Positions 1 to 10,700 of a stretch of DNA of 64,000 nucleotides are shown piece by piece (position 1 is the stretch's first letter; each line of letters starts with the position of its first letter). Under the pieces are notes generated by a model. That model saw only the letters and a program-made list of their open reading frames with translations. It was not told where the DNA came from and ran no database searches. Source of the stretch: Candidatus Obscuribacteraceae bacterium (GTDB lineage Bacteria; Cyanobacteriota; Vampirovibrionia; Obscuribacterales; Obscuribacteraceae); assembly GCA_044226015.1 (NCBI GenBank), contig JBGAHS010000007.1:160001-224000 (forward strand). Reading direction: 5' to 3'. Position numbers and translations under genes: made by a program.

Positions 1-188
1 TTCTTTCTGGACCTGCGTTTGAGCGAATTGAAGCTTCGCCAATTGAACAACTCATCGTAACCAATTCTATTCCAGCTGATGGAACAAGATCCTGCGACAA
101 GATTGTGCAATTGAGCGTAGCCAGATTGCTTGGTGAAGCGATTGCACGTATTCATGAAGACTGCTCTGTCAGTGAGTTGTTTGAGTAA
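1..188 (+). CDS. prs: Ribose-phosphate pyrophosphokinase, 3' end (5'-truncated by window)
   Basis: Frame from nt 3 reads [24 protein letters not shown]...[25 protein letters not shown], a typical PRPP synthetase C-terminus; TAA at 186-188 overlaps the next ATG. Confidence 0.9.
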   Translation, partial: LSGPAFERIEASPIEQLIVTNSIPADGTRSCDKIVQLSVARLLGEAIARIHEDCSVSELFE

Positions 189-823
189 TGCATGTTGCGA
201 CATTTCCTGTCGGACCATTGCAATGCAATTGCTCAATAATTGCATGCCCTGAAACCAAAGAGTGTGCCATCATCGATCCGGGTGGTGATGCCGACCGCAT
301 CATCGCAATGTGTGAAAAAGAAGGCTATACCATAAAGTATTTGCTGCACACCCATGCGCACTTCGATCACATCGTTGGTGCTCGTGCCGTCAAAGAAAAA
401 ACGGGCGCAAAGATTTGCCTGCACAAGGAAGATCAATGGCTTTACGATAACCTCGACAAACAAGGTCGAATGTTTGGCTTTAGCTTCGATACGCCGCTTC
501 CAATCGATCATTACCTCAACGATGAGGAAGAGCTTGAGATTGGCAAAATCAAGACCAAAGTCATTTACACACCTGGTCACACTCCGGGAAGTACTTGCTT
601 CTCGCTTGCTGAGAAAGAGAGTGTCGTTTTTGCCGGAGACACATTATTTCAAGGTTCTATCGGGCGAACTGACCTCTGGGGCGGCTCGCATGACAAGATC
701 ATAAAGTCGATAAAGACGCGGCTCTTTCAGCTAGATGACTCGACAGAAGTCATTACTGGGCATGGGCCGTCAACAACAATTTGGTCGGAACGGCGTGAAA
801 ATCCTTTCGTTGGCGATTATTGA
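188..823 (+). CDS. MBL-fold metallo-hydrolase (glyoxalase II/YcbL-like)
   Basis: THAHFDH, TPGHTPG, GDTLF, GRTD and GHG motifs. Confidence 0.9.
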   Translation: MHVATFPVGPLQCNCSIIACPETKECAIIDPGGDADRIIAMCEKEGYTIKYLLHTHAHFDHIVGARAVKEKTGAKICLHKEDQWLYDNLDKQGRMFGFSFDTPLPIDHYLNDEEELEIGKIKTKVIYTPGHTPGSTCFSLAEKESVVFAGDTLFQGSIGRTDLWGGSHDKIIKSIKTRLFQLDDSTEVITGHGPSTTIWSERRENPFVGDY

Positions 824-936
824 TTCATTGCACCGCATCAACAAGTTCATTCAAGCTTCTGGATCCTGGGGAAAATGAGGTGGTAATGAAGCGTCTGCTT
901 GTGTAATATGTAGTCGCCAATTCGGAAGTTGTGTAC

Positions 937-1875
937 ATGAACAAGCTAAGAACTACGAGTTTCATTCTTTTGATGAGCGCTTTGCTGGCGGCTTGCAGCT
1001 CGCCACAGACAAAAGAAACCGCAAGCAAGACTGATTCGGCAGAAACCAAAACAGCGGCAAAAGAGCAGTCTACCGCTGAGCTAATGGCTGAGTTCGCTCA
1101 TGCCGAAACAATGCATGTAGTCAACGGCGACATTCTTGTGAAAGTGAATAGACTGGCGCTGGCGTATGGTGCCCAAGGTCGCTTTAATGAGGCAGAGTCT
1201 TTGTTGAGTCGGGTTGTTAGCCTCTGTCAGCAGCCCGGCGTCAATGAAAAAATGCAGCTTGCCGTTTCACTGAATAATCTTGGTTTGCTCTACATGCGAC
1301 AAAAGAAGTATGGAAAGGCTGAGCCCATACTACAGAGTTCTTTGATGATGGAACAAGATCTTTTCGGTCGAACGAATCCGCGATTTGCAATTAGTGTTGA
1401 TAACATTGCCACTCTGTACTATGAGCAAGCTCGGTACAAAGATGCTTTACCCTTGTACACTCATGCGATGAATATTTATAAAATGCACCCTGAGCAAAAC
1501 CAGGCTGCAATCGCGAAAAGCGTCAATAATATCGCCAGTTGCTACAGTAATTTGAAAGAGATCAAGCTTGCCGCTAAATATTTGCAAGAGGCGCTCGATA
1601 TTGAGGAAAAAATGCCGGTCGTAAACCCGGCGAGTTTGGCTACAGCCTTGAATAATCTTGGGTATATTTATGAGATTCAAGGTGATTTCAAAAAAGCTGA
1701 ACCGTTATTGGCTCGCGGGCTGGAAATGGCAGAGAAGGCTTACGGTGGCGATTCGATCGAGCTAGTTTCTTTTTTGGATAACAACGCCTACCTCATGCGC
1801 AGGACTAAACGCGCGAGCGACGCTGATAAGCTCAAGAAACGCGCAACTCAAATTCTACTTGCAAATAATCGCTAA
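937..1875 (+). CDS. TPR lipoprotein (kinesin-light-chain-type TPRs)
   Basis: Lipobox LLAAC; repeated SLNNLG/SVDNIA/ALNNLG TPR motifs; alternative GTG start at 931. Confidence 0.85.
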   Translation: MNKLRTTSFILLMSALLAACSSPQTKETASKTDSAETKTAAKEQSTAELMAEFAHAETMHVVNGDILVKVNRLALAYGAQGRFNEAESLLSRVVSLCQQPGVNEKMQLAVSLNNLGLLYMRQKKYGKAEPILQSSLMMEQDLFGRTNPRFAISVDNIATLYYEQARYKDALPLYTHAMNIYKMHPEQNQAAIAKSVNNIASCYSNLKEIKLAAKYLQEALDIEEKMPVVNPASLATALNNLGYIYEIQGDFKKAEPLLARGLEMAEKAYGGDSIELVSFLDNNAYLMRRTKRASDADKLKKRATQILLANNR

Positions 1876-1898
1876 TCGAACTTGCAATCAAACAATCG

Positions 1899-4800
1899 CT
1901 ACTTTTGCTTTTTCTCCAGTGATGGAAAAGTATAATCAGCTGCGCTGCTAACTAAAATTGATTGGTCTTTCCGGTACTCTTCGAGAATCTCCTGGCGTCT
2001 TTCAGTCCAGCCGCCAGCGCCGAGTGCAGCCCCTGTTAGTGCTGCAAGTCCTATTCTGCGAATATTCTCGTTTGCGCTGGTTCTGAGAGCTAATTCCAAT
2101 TGCTCAATATCTGTCGATGCGCGAGACCTGCATGATTCCAGTGTATCGATGGCTGCTTTCATGCAGCCATAGTGAAGCAGTCTTGCTTCCTCAAGATTGC
2201 TTATGAGCTGTACTGTTTCTTCAGGAGGGAGAATTGTTATGCTCAGCTTCAAACGGAATTGGCTCAGTTTCGGGTTTTGCGCCAGCACGTTTGAAATATT
2301 GCGCACATCTTCCATTCGCGAATCTCTCATCCAGGAAAATGAGAGCAGAACTTTGTCTGTGAAAATGCGCAGGTTTCGCGGCTTGTCCAGAATGGCTGAT
2401 GTGCTTTGAGCCAGGACCTCAGGTTGCTTGCCCGCATAAACGCAAAATAGCGCCCAGCTAGCTTGGTCAACTTCGGCTTCAGTTTCCGACGACAGGCATT
2501 TTGTCAGAGCATCTTTTAAGAGTTGTTCTTTATCAGAGCTTAGATTGGCTGTCACCATCTGTAGTGCTTTGATTCTGGTGCTTGCAGAATCGTTTTTTAA
2601 TGCTTGATTGTAAATCTTCATCAGCTCTCGCTTTTCCGGTTTGCTCAGCTCAAGCATAGGAAATCGCAGCGCAATTTCCGCGAAAGCGGAATTGCCACTC
2701 TCCAGTGATTTGCGCAGCACTTGCCAGGTTTGCGGTTTTGAGGGGTAATTCCAGAGTGCTCTTAAAATTGCTGCTCTAACGTCTTTATGCAACTCTCCTT
2801 GCTCTAATGTCATCAACCACTCAAAGGCATCGTCAGCTTTTGTGTCTGCGGCAAGTCTTACAATTTCTTTGAATACTGTGACCTTGCCCTGTGGCACGGA
2901 TTTTAGAATTTCCAACGCCCTGGCAGAGTCCATCTTCAGTAATGCGTCGCGCATTGCATATATTGCATAACGTGCACGCTCATCGTTAAGCATTGAGACA
3001 AGAAGCGGCAATGAGTCTGCTGTGTCAGCCTTAGCAAGCCATAAAATCGTTGTGCTTCTAAGTGCTTCATCCTTGTTTTCTAACGAACAGACTTTGCTAA
3101 AAAACTGAAAGTTCGGGTCTGGCATTTTTGTAAGGCGCAGCACAGCGGTTGTTCTTTCCACATGTGATGAGGTTTCCGCTTCTGCGAGCCCAACAAGTTG
3201 CTCTGAATAAATTGCTAGCTGTTTTCTCGTCCAGCGGTAGAATCCAGAATCGAAGTAAGGGATGTAGCGAGTTTTGCCTGTTCCAAACCTGCCCTTAAAC
3301 GCATTCTGTCCAAGATACGGAGTCAACAGACTCTGTTTCTTTCGATTTAAGAAATTTGACACCTCGAAGTTATGAGACCAGGACTGGTCACTGCTAAGCA
3401 GTTCTGGAACCAGCGCGGCGAAACGCCTTCTATCAAGCCGGCGAAGAATACTTAAAGCTGTACTAGAATTTTCTGCGTACCTGGCATTTCTTGCAAGTTT
3501 GCAAAGCCCTTCAGAAACAACTGTACCTTTTAGTCTTTTCTCAAGCCATGATGCAAAAGTGTTGATGTATGCCTCGCTTTCTTTCGCTTGCCAATGTTGC
3601 ATTAGTGCTGAAATGTCTGCGGAGAAAGTTTGAAGGTCCTCCTCTTGCAGGAAAAGTGCATTGTCGGTAATAAGCCGTGGGTGCCTATCTTTGAGCAGCT
3701 TGCAAATGTGAGCAAAAGCCCATTTCTTATGGAAGGGAAAAATTCTTGAAAGTAATTTGCCCAAGTAGAACAAGCTGCTGTTTGATAAATCTGGAGCCGC
3801 CAGGGCATCGCTGATTATTGCGTCGACCAAACTGAGTGTTGGCTCGACAAACATTGATGGTGGTAGGGAGGAAAGTGCTGCAGTAAAAGCCAGCCTTACG
3901 GGATCTGCCTCGTTTTTCTTTTGGTGTAATCGTTCGAGTGTATCGCTCAAATATTCTCTGTTATATCTCAGCGAAGACACCATGGCTGTGTATGCCAGGG
4001 CTCTGCTCTCTGGTTCAGGACTATTGATTAATTGCTTGGTCTCTTCGAGAACTGATTCCCAGTCGAGAAAACGCACGTAATTCATTTTTTGAGGCAGTTT
4101 GCTTTGAAGATTGGGAAGAGCCAAAATCTCTTTAGCAGCTTTCATGCGATGTGCCTGAGGTAGGAATTCTATTACGCTTGCATTTATACAACCATCTGCA
4201 TCACGCCAACCGTCAGCACACTTCTCAAATAACTTGACTCGTAATTCAGGAGATAATTTCTTGAATTTATTTGTGGCTTCGCTCTCAAATCTCTTTATTT
4301 TGACGCATTCCAAAACCTGTTCGTCACTCAATTTTGCAAAGGCTGAACTGATATTGCAGTTGCCATAATCTTGCTGCATGGCGAGCAATTTTACCATCTG
4401 TCTCGGGAACTGTTTGAGCAAATGTGAGTAGGGTAACTTCGTGGCGATGTAGAGCCGAAGCAGTGATTCGAACAAGTTCAGCACTTTGGCTTTTTCAAAC
4501 TCGACAAGGTTTTTTAATGCACCTCGGACCAGCGCCAGTAAGTCTAAATCATCTGCTTCTGCCTTTGATGCGAGTTCAGTCAAGACGCTCAGGCAAAGCC
4601 GTGGATGTTGGTATGAAAAGCGACTTGCATCTTGCTCAGTCATGCGTTCGACCAGAGATTGCATTCTTGCACTCACAAAAGACTCGCTACCAAAGTAGGC
4701 AAGCCTTGCTAAGTCTCTGGAATTCTCTTCCTCCAACTTGAGTAAAAACGAATCAATCAATTCTATTCTTTTACTTTTGTTCAAACGTTTTAGCAGTTTT

Positions 4801-5204
4801 CTCCGCTCTCTAAGTTTGAGGTTCATTAGAATCGTAAGAAGGTGTTCGTCGTTGCAATTTTTTGCAGCGAATATCATTGCCATGTTGCGCAATAATGCAG
4901 ACTCATCCTGCGTCATGCGGAAAATCAGCTCATTGTTTTTGCAAGCGTCTGCCGCGAATATAGCGAGGTGTCTTTCGTAGAAGCTTGCTTTGGAAAGTTC
5001 TTCCAAAATAGCATTTGCATGCTCTTTTCCTTCTGCGCATTCTCGTCCGAGTTTCTGTGCCTGCTTAATTCTCTCGGGGTAGTCTAGGTGCTCTAAAGTT
5101 TCGAGATAGCTTCGTGTCTTGTCAGAGCTTTCCTTTTGCTGAGCTTTGTCAGGCTTACCGAAAATGTTCTTGAACATTTTGAGGGGATCAAATTCTTCTG
5201 GCAC
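1899..5204 (-). CDS. Large alpha-helical HEAT/ARM-repeat-like hypothetical protein (1101 aa)
   Basis: Long Leu/Ala-rich ORF with HEAT-like motifs (DPVRLAF, KDVRAAILRAL, STRIKAL, ENIRRIGLAAL); no catalytic motif seen. Confidence 0.7.
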   Translation of the reverse strand: MPEEFDPLKMFKNIFGKPDKAQQKESSDKTRSYLETLEHLDYPERIKQAQKLGRECAEGKEHANAILEELSKASFYERHLAIFAADACKNNELIFRMTQDESALLRNMAMIFAAKNCNDEHLLTILMNLKLRERRKLLKRLNKSKRIELIDSFLLKLEEENSRDLARLAYFGSESFVSARMQSLVERMTEQDASRFSYQHPRLCLSVLTELASKAEADDLDLLALVRGALKNLVEFEKAKVLNLFESLLRLYIATKLPYSHLLKQFPRQMVKLLAMQQDYGNCNISSAFAKLSDEQVLECVKIKRFESEATNKFKKLSPELRVKLFEKCADGWRDADGCINASVIEFLPQAHRMKAAKEILALPNLQSKLPQKMNYVRFLDWESVLEETKQLINSPEPESRALAYTAMVSSLRYNREYLSDTLERLHQKKNEADPVRLAFTAALSSLPPSMFVEPTLSLVDAIISDALAAPDLSNSSLFYLGKLLSRIFPFHKKWAFAHICKLLKDRHPRLITDNALFLQEEDLQTFSADISALMQHWQAKESEAYINTFASWLEKRLKGTVVSEGLCKLARNARYAENSSTALSILRRLDRRRFAALVPELLSSDQSWSHNFEVSNFLNRKKQSLLTPYLGQNAFKGRFGTGKTRYIPYFDSGFYRWTRKQLAIYSEQLVGLAEAETSSHVERTTAVLRLTKMPDPNFQFFSKVCSLENKDEALRSTTILWLAKADTADSLPLLVSMLNDERARYAIYAMRDALLKMDSARALEILKSVPQGKVTVFKEIVRLAADTKADDAFEWLMTLEQGELHKDVRAAILRALWNYPSKPQTWQVLRKSLESGNSAFAEIALRFPMLELSKPEKRELMKIYNQALKNDSASTRIKALQMVTANLSSDKEQLLKDALTKCLSSETEAEVDQASWALFCVYAGKQPEVLAQSTSAILDKPRNLRIFTDKVLLSFSWMRDSRMEDVRNISNVLAQNPKLSQFRLKLSITILPPEETVQLISNLEEARLLHYGCMKAAIDTLESCRSRASTDIEQLELALRTSANENIRRIGLAALTGAALGAGGWTERRQEILEEYRKDQSILVSSAADYTFPSLEKKQK

Positions 5205-5294
5205 CGTTTCTCCTTTCGCCCTTTTAATTTTGTCGCTGACAAGTGTGAAGACCTGAGAGCAGATATACTATACATACCAACGGAGGGGGCAACC

Positions 5295-5807
5295 ATAATT
5301 AGAACTTTTGCCAGGCTTGTTTTATTTTTGCTTCCTCTCTTGTTTTTGAATGCTTGCGGGCAGGACACAGAGTCGCAGAGTAAGGCGACTATGCGCAACG
5401 TAATAACTGTGGAGGACTGGGTTAATTCTTTTCAGATGAAACGGAAAGCCGAAACTGAAGGGGAAGAACTGAATGGGCAACCCGAGAAGCATTTTTTTCC
5501 AAGACTTATTGATTTGCAGAAAATGCTGGTAGAAGGAAAGACCGGTCCAGATGCGCAGGTGTCACCGCTTATCAATGCGGTCTCTGGAAGGGCTGAATGG
5601 CCAGTGGAAGAGGCTCGCCCGCTTAATAATTATGGAACTTTGATGACCGATAGAGTCTCTGTCATCGGTAAAGGCAAAGTGCAATTCATTCCTTTCGTGG
5701 ACGGCTACGATGTGGTCTCTGGCTACATTATTCGGGCTGGTGACCCTGCCACAGGCAAGGTGCTGTGTTCTCCTGATGGAACGCCATTCATTCGTTCAAG
5801 CCCATAA
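5295..5807 (+). CDS. Putative lipoprotein, hypothetical (probable non-canonical ATA/ATT start)
   Basis: Signal peptide IIRTFARLVLFLLPLLFLNAC with lipobox; GGAGG at 5282-5286; the ORF-track start (5136) overlaps the divergent gene. Confidence 0.6.
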   Translation: MIRTFARLVLFLLPLLFLNACGQDTESQSKATMRNVITVEDWVNSFQMKRKAETEGEELNGQPEKHFFPRLIDLQKMLVEGKTGPDAQVSPLINAVSGRAEWPVEEARPLNNYGTLMTDRVSVIGKGKVQFIPFVDGYDVVSGYIIRAGDPATGKVLCSPDGTPFIRSSP

Positions 5808-5817
5808 TTGACAGCAC

Positions 5818-6207
5818 AGGTCATTCAGGCTTACGAGGATCCTTTAAGCTCAAGGGGATCCTTCAAGCTCATGGGGATGATTCAAGCTCAAGGGGATCCT
5901 TCAAGCTCATGGGGATGATTCAAGCTCAAGGGGATCCTTCAAGCTCATGGGGATGATTCAAGCTCAAGGGGATCATTCAAGCTCATAGGGATCATTCAAG
6001 CTCATAGGGATCATTCAAGCTCATGGGGAGCATTCAAGCTCATGGGGATCATTCAAGCTCATGGGGAGCATTCAAGCTCATGAGGATCCTTCGAGTCCAC
6101 ACGGATCCTTCGAGTCCACACGGATCCTTCGAGTCCATGAGGATCCTTCCAGATGCTTCGAGTCCACGAGGGTAGTTTGAGCCCATGAGGATCCTTCGAG
6201 CCCCGCG
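5818..6207. repeat. 19-bp tandem repeat array, ~20 units, consensus GGATCMTTCAAGCTCATGG
   Basis: Units in register at 5818, 5837, 5856 ... 6122, a 10-nt partial at 6141, then 6151, 6170, 6189; no unique spacers. Confidence 0.95.
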
Positions 6208-7746
6208 CTATTGAGTTTTTGCTGGTGCTTTGCCGCCATTAGCTAGCGAGAGGAACTTAGGCGTGAACTCAACTTTGACAGCTTTCTTCTGGTCTTCGAT
6301 CCACTTCAGAAGAAGCTGCTGACCACTGGCTGATTTGCCGAGTTCAGCTAGTTTTCCCTTCACGTCATTGTATTTGTATGTTCCTGCGGCATCTTTGCCG
6401 GTAACTTTGTAGATGTTATAACCAAGTTCTGATTTGACGGCTTGCTGAAGAACCTGCCCTGGTTTCAGTTTCCAGACAACGTCAGCAAGCTGAGGAATGA
6501 TGTCTTTCTTCTCGACGAAGCCCATGTCGCCGCCATTTTTCTTCTGTTTTGTCAGAGGGTCATCTGAATTTTCGTTTGCAAGTTTTGCAAAATCAGAGCC
6601 GCCTTTAGCCTGTCCGAGAACCAGCATAACCTTTTGTTTGGCTTGCTCGATAAAGTTATTTGCTGCAGTTTCAGCTTCCTTGTCTGTTAGTTTAGGATTC
6701 GCTTTTGCAATCTGAGTCTTGACGCTTTGAATTGGTCCGATATCTTTTTCCGGACACATGATCAAAATGGTGCTTAGCCTTATTCTCTCGCCATGCTTCA
6801 GCTGTTCTTTGTTTGCTTCATAGAGCTTTTTCGTTTCGGCATCGCTTATTTTTGCTTTGGCAGCAATCTTTGCAATCTGCTCTTTTGCAAGTTCTGCGGT
6901 GACCATTTCCTTCTTCAAAGATTCATCGTCGAGATTTGTTTGCTTCTTTAACTCGTCCCACATTTTTGAGTGTTTCATTGCCAGAAACTTATTCATGGCT
7001 TCTTTCTCGCCGCCATCTTTCTTGGCTGCCATAGCCAGAAGTTGTCTGTTTACCAGTTCTGGTAATAATGTGGATTCGATTACAGCATTTGATGTTTTGA
7101 AGGCTAAGCCTGTCAGGATTATTTCTTCGTTGAATTGCTGCTCTGTGGAATGAGATTGCTTCAAGAAGTCCTGGAAAGCCTTTTCATCCATTCCGCGCTG
7201 TGTCTTTGCCGTCTCAAGCAGTTTCTTCTTCTCTTCATCGGTTAGGCTAATGCTTCTGACCATCGCTTCTTTCAGAAGTCGAGCTTTGGCTCCTGGGTCT
7301 GCAACAATTGCTTGATTTGCCTGAAGCTGCTGAATTCGCAGCATACGCTTATAATCGCCGATGGTGATTTGTTCACCGCCCACGGTGCAAATTGCGACAT
7401 TGTCTGGTAGATCATTCAGATTGATGTTTATCTTGCTGCCATCTGCTGGGCTCGCTGGCTTCGCTGCAAGAGCCTTGCTGTCTGTGCTGCTGCTGGAACT
7501 GTCTGTGCTTGTTGTCGTGCTTGGCGCCGAGGTATCAGTTGAAGTCGCGGTGCTTGTTGAAGTGCTTGTTTCGGTGGCAGTAGCTGAACTGGTGGATGTA
7601 CTTGTTTCAGTGCTTGTGCTGGTGCTGGTCTCAGTCTTCTTTGTCTCGCTTGAGCTATTCTCTGATTTTTGCCCACATGCTGATATGAACATAATTGTGG
7701 AAATCAAAACGCATGCCTGGGCCGAGCTGATGAATTTCAAGACCAT
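6208..7746 (-). CDS. Parvulin-type peptidyl-prolyl isomerase/foldase lipoprotein (PrsA/SurA-like) with Ser/Thr-rich linker
   Basis: Lipobox ISAC; DFAKLANENSDD..KNGGDMGF and VKSELGYNIYKV rotamase motifs. Confidence 0.85.
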   Translation of the reverse strand: MVLKFISSAQACVLISTIMFISACGQKSENSSSETKKTETSTSTSTETSTSTSSATATETSTSTSTATSTDTSAPSTTTSTDSSSSSTDSKALAAKPASPADGSKININLNDLPDNVAICTVGGEQITIGDYKRMLRIQQLQANQAIVADPGAKARLLKEAMVRSISLTDEEKKKLLETAKTQRGMDEKAFQDFLKQSHSTEQQFNEEIILTGLAFKTSNAVIESTLLPELVNRQLLAMAAKKDGGEKEAMNKFLAMKHSKMWDELKKQTNLDDESLKKEMVTAELAKEQIAKIAAKAKISDAETKKLYEANKEQLKHGERIRLSTILIMCPEKDIGPIQSVKTQIAKANPKLTDKEAETAANNFIEQAKQKVMLVLGQAKGGSDFAKLANENSDDPLTKQKKNGGDMGFVEKKDIIPQLADVVWKLKPGQVLQQAVKSELGYNIYKVTGKDAAGTYKYNDVKGKLAELGKSASGQQLLLKWIEDQKKAVKVEFTPKFLSLANGGKAPAKTQ

Positions 7747-7753
7747 TCTCCTG

Positions 7754-10700
7754 TTATGTCGTCCTTTGTGCTGTCTGCTGCGGTATCATCGCTGTTAGAA
7801 GCTCTTCAAGCAGATTCAATTGCTCAATTGGTTCAAGTCCTTCTGATTTGACCAGAATGTATGGGGTTGGTCCCAACGCACCCGGCGAACCAGGCTTGTA
7901 TGTTGTTCTTTGTGCCAGATGTTTTGGTAGTTTGTTTTGAATAGGAAGCCATTGATTCAATCTGTAAGCCACCATCATGCGCAGTCCGACCATGTCTGGT
8001 TTGATAGATTGAACGCTCGCCTTGCTTGCTATCAATCGAAGTTTTACTATCTGAGCGAGGCTCTTCACTTCAGATGGAATTGGTCCAAATCTATCTCTCC
8101 ACTCATCAGTTAGTACGATAAGCTCTCGTTCAGAACGAACATCGGCCAGGCGCTTGTACTCAATGATGCGATGTTCAGCATCTGGAATATAATCTTCCGG
8201 AATGAACGCTGTGACGTTGATATCTATTTGGGTATCAGCGTCTGCGGAAACCTGTTTTCCTTGCAATTCAGCGACAGATTCGCCGAGCAATTTACAGTAG
8301 AGATCAAAACCGACGGCGATCATGTGTCCGTGTTGCTCGGGTCCGAGTATGTTTCCTACACCTCTGATTTCCATGTCTCGAAGTGCAATCTGATAACCAG
8401 AACCGAGAGTGGTGAACTCTCTGATCGCTTTTAATCGATTTTGTGCCTGCTCTGTGAGCACTCGTTCGGGGCGATAGAGGCAATAACAGTATGCCTGAAC
8501 GTCAGAGCGTCCAACGCGTCCTCTAATCTGGTAAAGCTGTGCAAGACCGAGTCTATCAGCCTGGTCTATGATAATCGTGTTTGCATTTGGAATGTCCAAA
8601 CCCGACTCAATAATCGTTGTGCAAACAAGAATGTCATATTCGTGATTTGCAAACTCGAGCATGACATTTTCTAGCTCGCGTTCTTGCATTTGCCCGTGCC
8701 CGATGGTGATGCGAGCCTCCGGAACCAGTTCTTTGAGTTCAAGAGCAACTTTCTCAATTGTCTCCACGCGATTGTGGAGGAAGAAAACCTGACCTCCGCG
8801 TTCGAGTTCGTGCAGCAATGCAGTGCGAACTATCTGCGGTCTGTATTCGCCCACGTAGGTCTTAACCGGTGAACGGTTTACCGGAGGAGTGTTGATGATA
8901 GACATGTCACGCACGCCTGTCAGAGCCATGTTCAGCGTTCTGGGAATTGGTGTTGCAGACATTGTGAGAATGTCTACCATCACTCGAAGAGCTTTTAGCT
9001 TTTCTTTGTGAGCGACACCAAATCTATGTTCCTCGTCTATCACTACCAGCCCGAGGTCCTTAAATACTATGTCTTTTTGCAAGAGGCGATGAGTGCCCAC
9101 GACCACATCACAGGCTCCTGTTCCCAAACGCGCAATTACTTCCTTCTGTTCTTTTGCTGTTCTGAAGCGAGAAAGTAGTCCCACTTTTATAGGATAAGCT
9201 GCGAATCGTTCACACAAATTGTTGAAGTGCTGCTGCGCCAGTACGGTGGTCGGAACGAGTATTACAGCTTGTCTTCCCGACATCACTGTTTTGAATATTC
9301 CGCGAATGGCTACTTCTGTTTTTCCAAAACCCACGTCACCACATATGAGGCGATCCATCGGTTTCGCGGACTCCATGTCTTTCTTCATCTCGACGATAGC
9401 TTGCCACTGGTCTGGCGTTTCTTCGTATGGGAAGGCTTCTTCCATTTCGTATTGCCAGGGAGTATCTGGTACAGCCTGAAATCCTTCCTGCTGTGCTCTG
9501 ACTGCGTAAAGGCGAACCAACTCTTCAGCAATTAGCTGGACTGATTTCTTGACTCTGCGTTTTGTAGACTCCCAATCTGCGCCACCCAGTCGCGATAATT
9601 TGGGTACAGAATCACCGTGACCACGATAACGAGAGAGCAGATTAATCTGGTCTACCGGAACATATAACCGGTCTTCACCTGAGTATTGAACAGCTAGATA
9701 TTCTCTGGTCTGATTATCGTAAGCAATTCTCTGCACTCCAATAAACTGGCCGATACCATGCTTAATGTGTACAACGTAATCGTCGACTTTGAGATCGGCG
9801 ACGCTGGTAAAGCGCTCGTAGTTTTTCTCAGCTACAGGTCTGCGGTATGTAGTAGGTCTGCGCTTTTGACCGAACATTTCGGCATCAGTGATTGAAACCA
9901 AATTGACGTCGTCAAGTCGGAACCCGCCCACAAAACCATTACGTGTTATCCAAACTCCCGGAGCTGTCGATTGCAACCATTCTGCATTTATGTCGCCCGG
10001 TGCAGGGTGCAGGTTTGGGTTGTTTATCGACGCATCTGCTGCCGACTCAGCTTTTGCTCCGGTGTGACCTGTGCTGTTTGCACCGTCTCTGGTGGCGGTT
10101 AAGTATACAGCGGGGCAATCCCATTCATGTAAAAGACCAAGAACGCGTTGCGGCTGCTCGGTAGAAATAATAATTCTATATTTCTCTTTGAGCCAACCTC
10201 GAATCTTCTCAACCATTTGATTGAGCTGCGCATTAAAGCGTTCGACATTGTGAGAGTCAAATTGAACAACGTTGCTTTTATCTCCGCCACCATTAGCTTC
10301 GTCATAGACGCCAGTTTCCAAACCGGGCATCGAAACCAGAAACACTCGCTGGTGGCTTGGCGCTAATTGTCCGAACTCATCCAGCGTCAGATGCAGTGGG
10401 CGTGGTAGCGGCAGCAATCTTCCTGACTGCACGCCTTCTTGATATGTTTCGTCAAGGCGCTGCTCTAGAGAACGCAAGCTCATAGAGATGCCATCCCATT
10501 CGTCGAATAACAAAAGCGCGTTATCTGGAATGTAGTGCAACAATGTGCAAAATTCATCATGCAGGAACGAGCTGTAGTACTCCAGCGACTCTGGGTATGT
10601 TCCAGCTTCGAGCGCCTGTAGATCTGATTCCAGCACCGTATTTAGTGTTTCGGAAGCCGACTCGCTAAGATTCATCAGAGCTGCTTCGCCTGCTTCTTTG

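Noticed and set aside
5818..6207. CRISPR array or TIGR-like guide array
   Set aside because: Units are contiguous 19-mers with only 1-5 variable nucleotides and no unique spacers; no cas or Nop-domain gene nearby
7440..7660. DNA repeat element within the PPIase gene
   Set aside because: Explained by a Ser/Thr-rich low-complexity lipoprotein linker
9960..10100. Intein in mfd (apparent ~45-aa insertion)
   Set aside because: Too short and lacks Cys/Ser...His-Asn splice motifs; more likely a flexible loop
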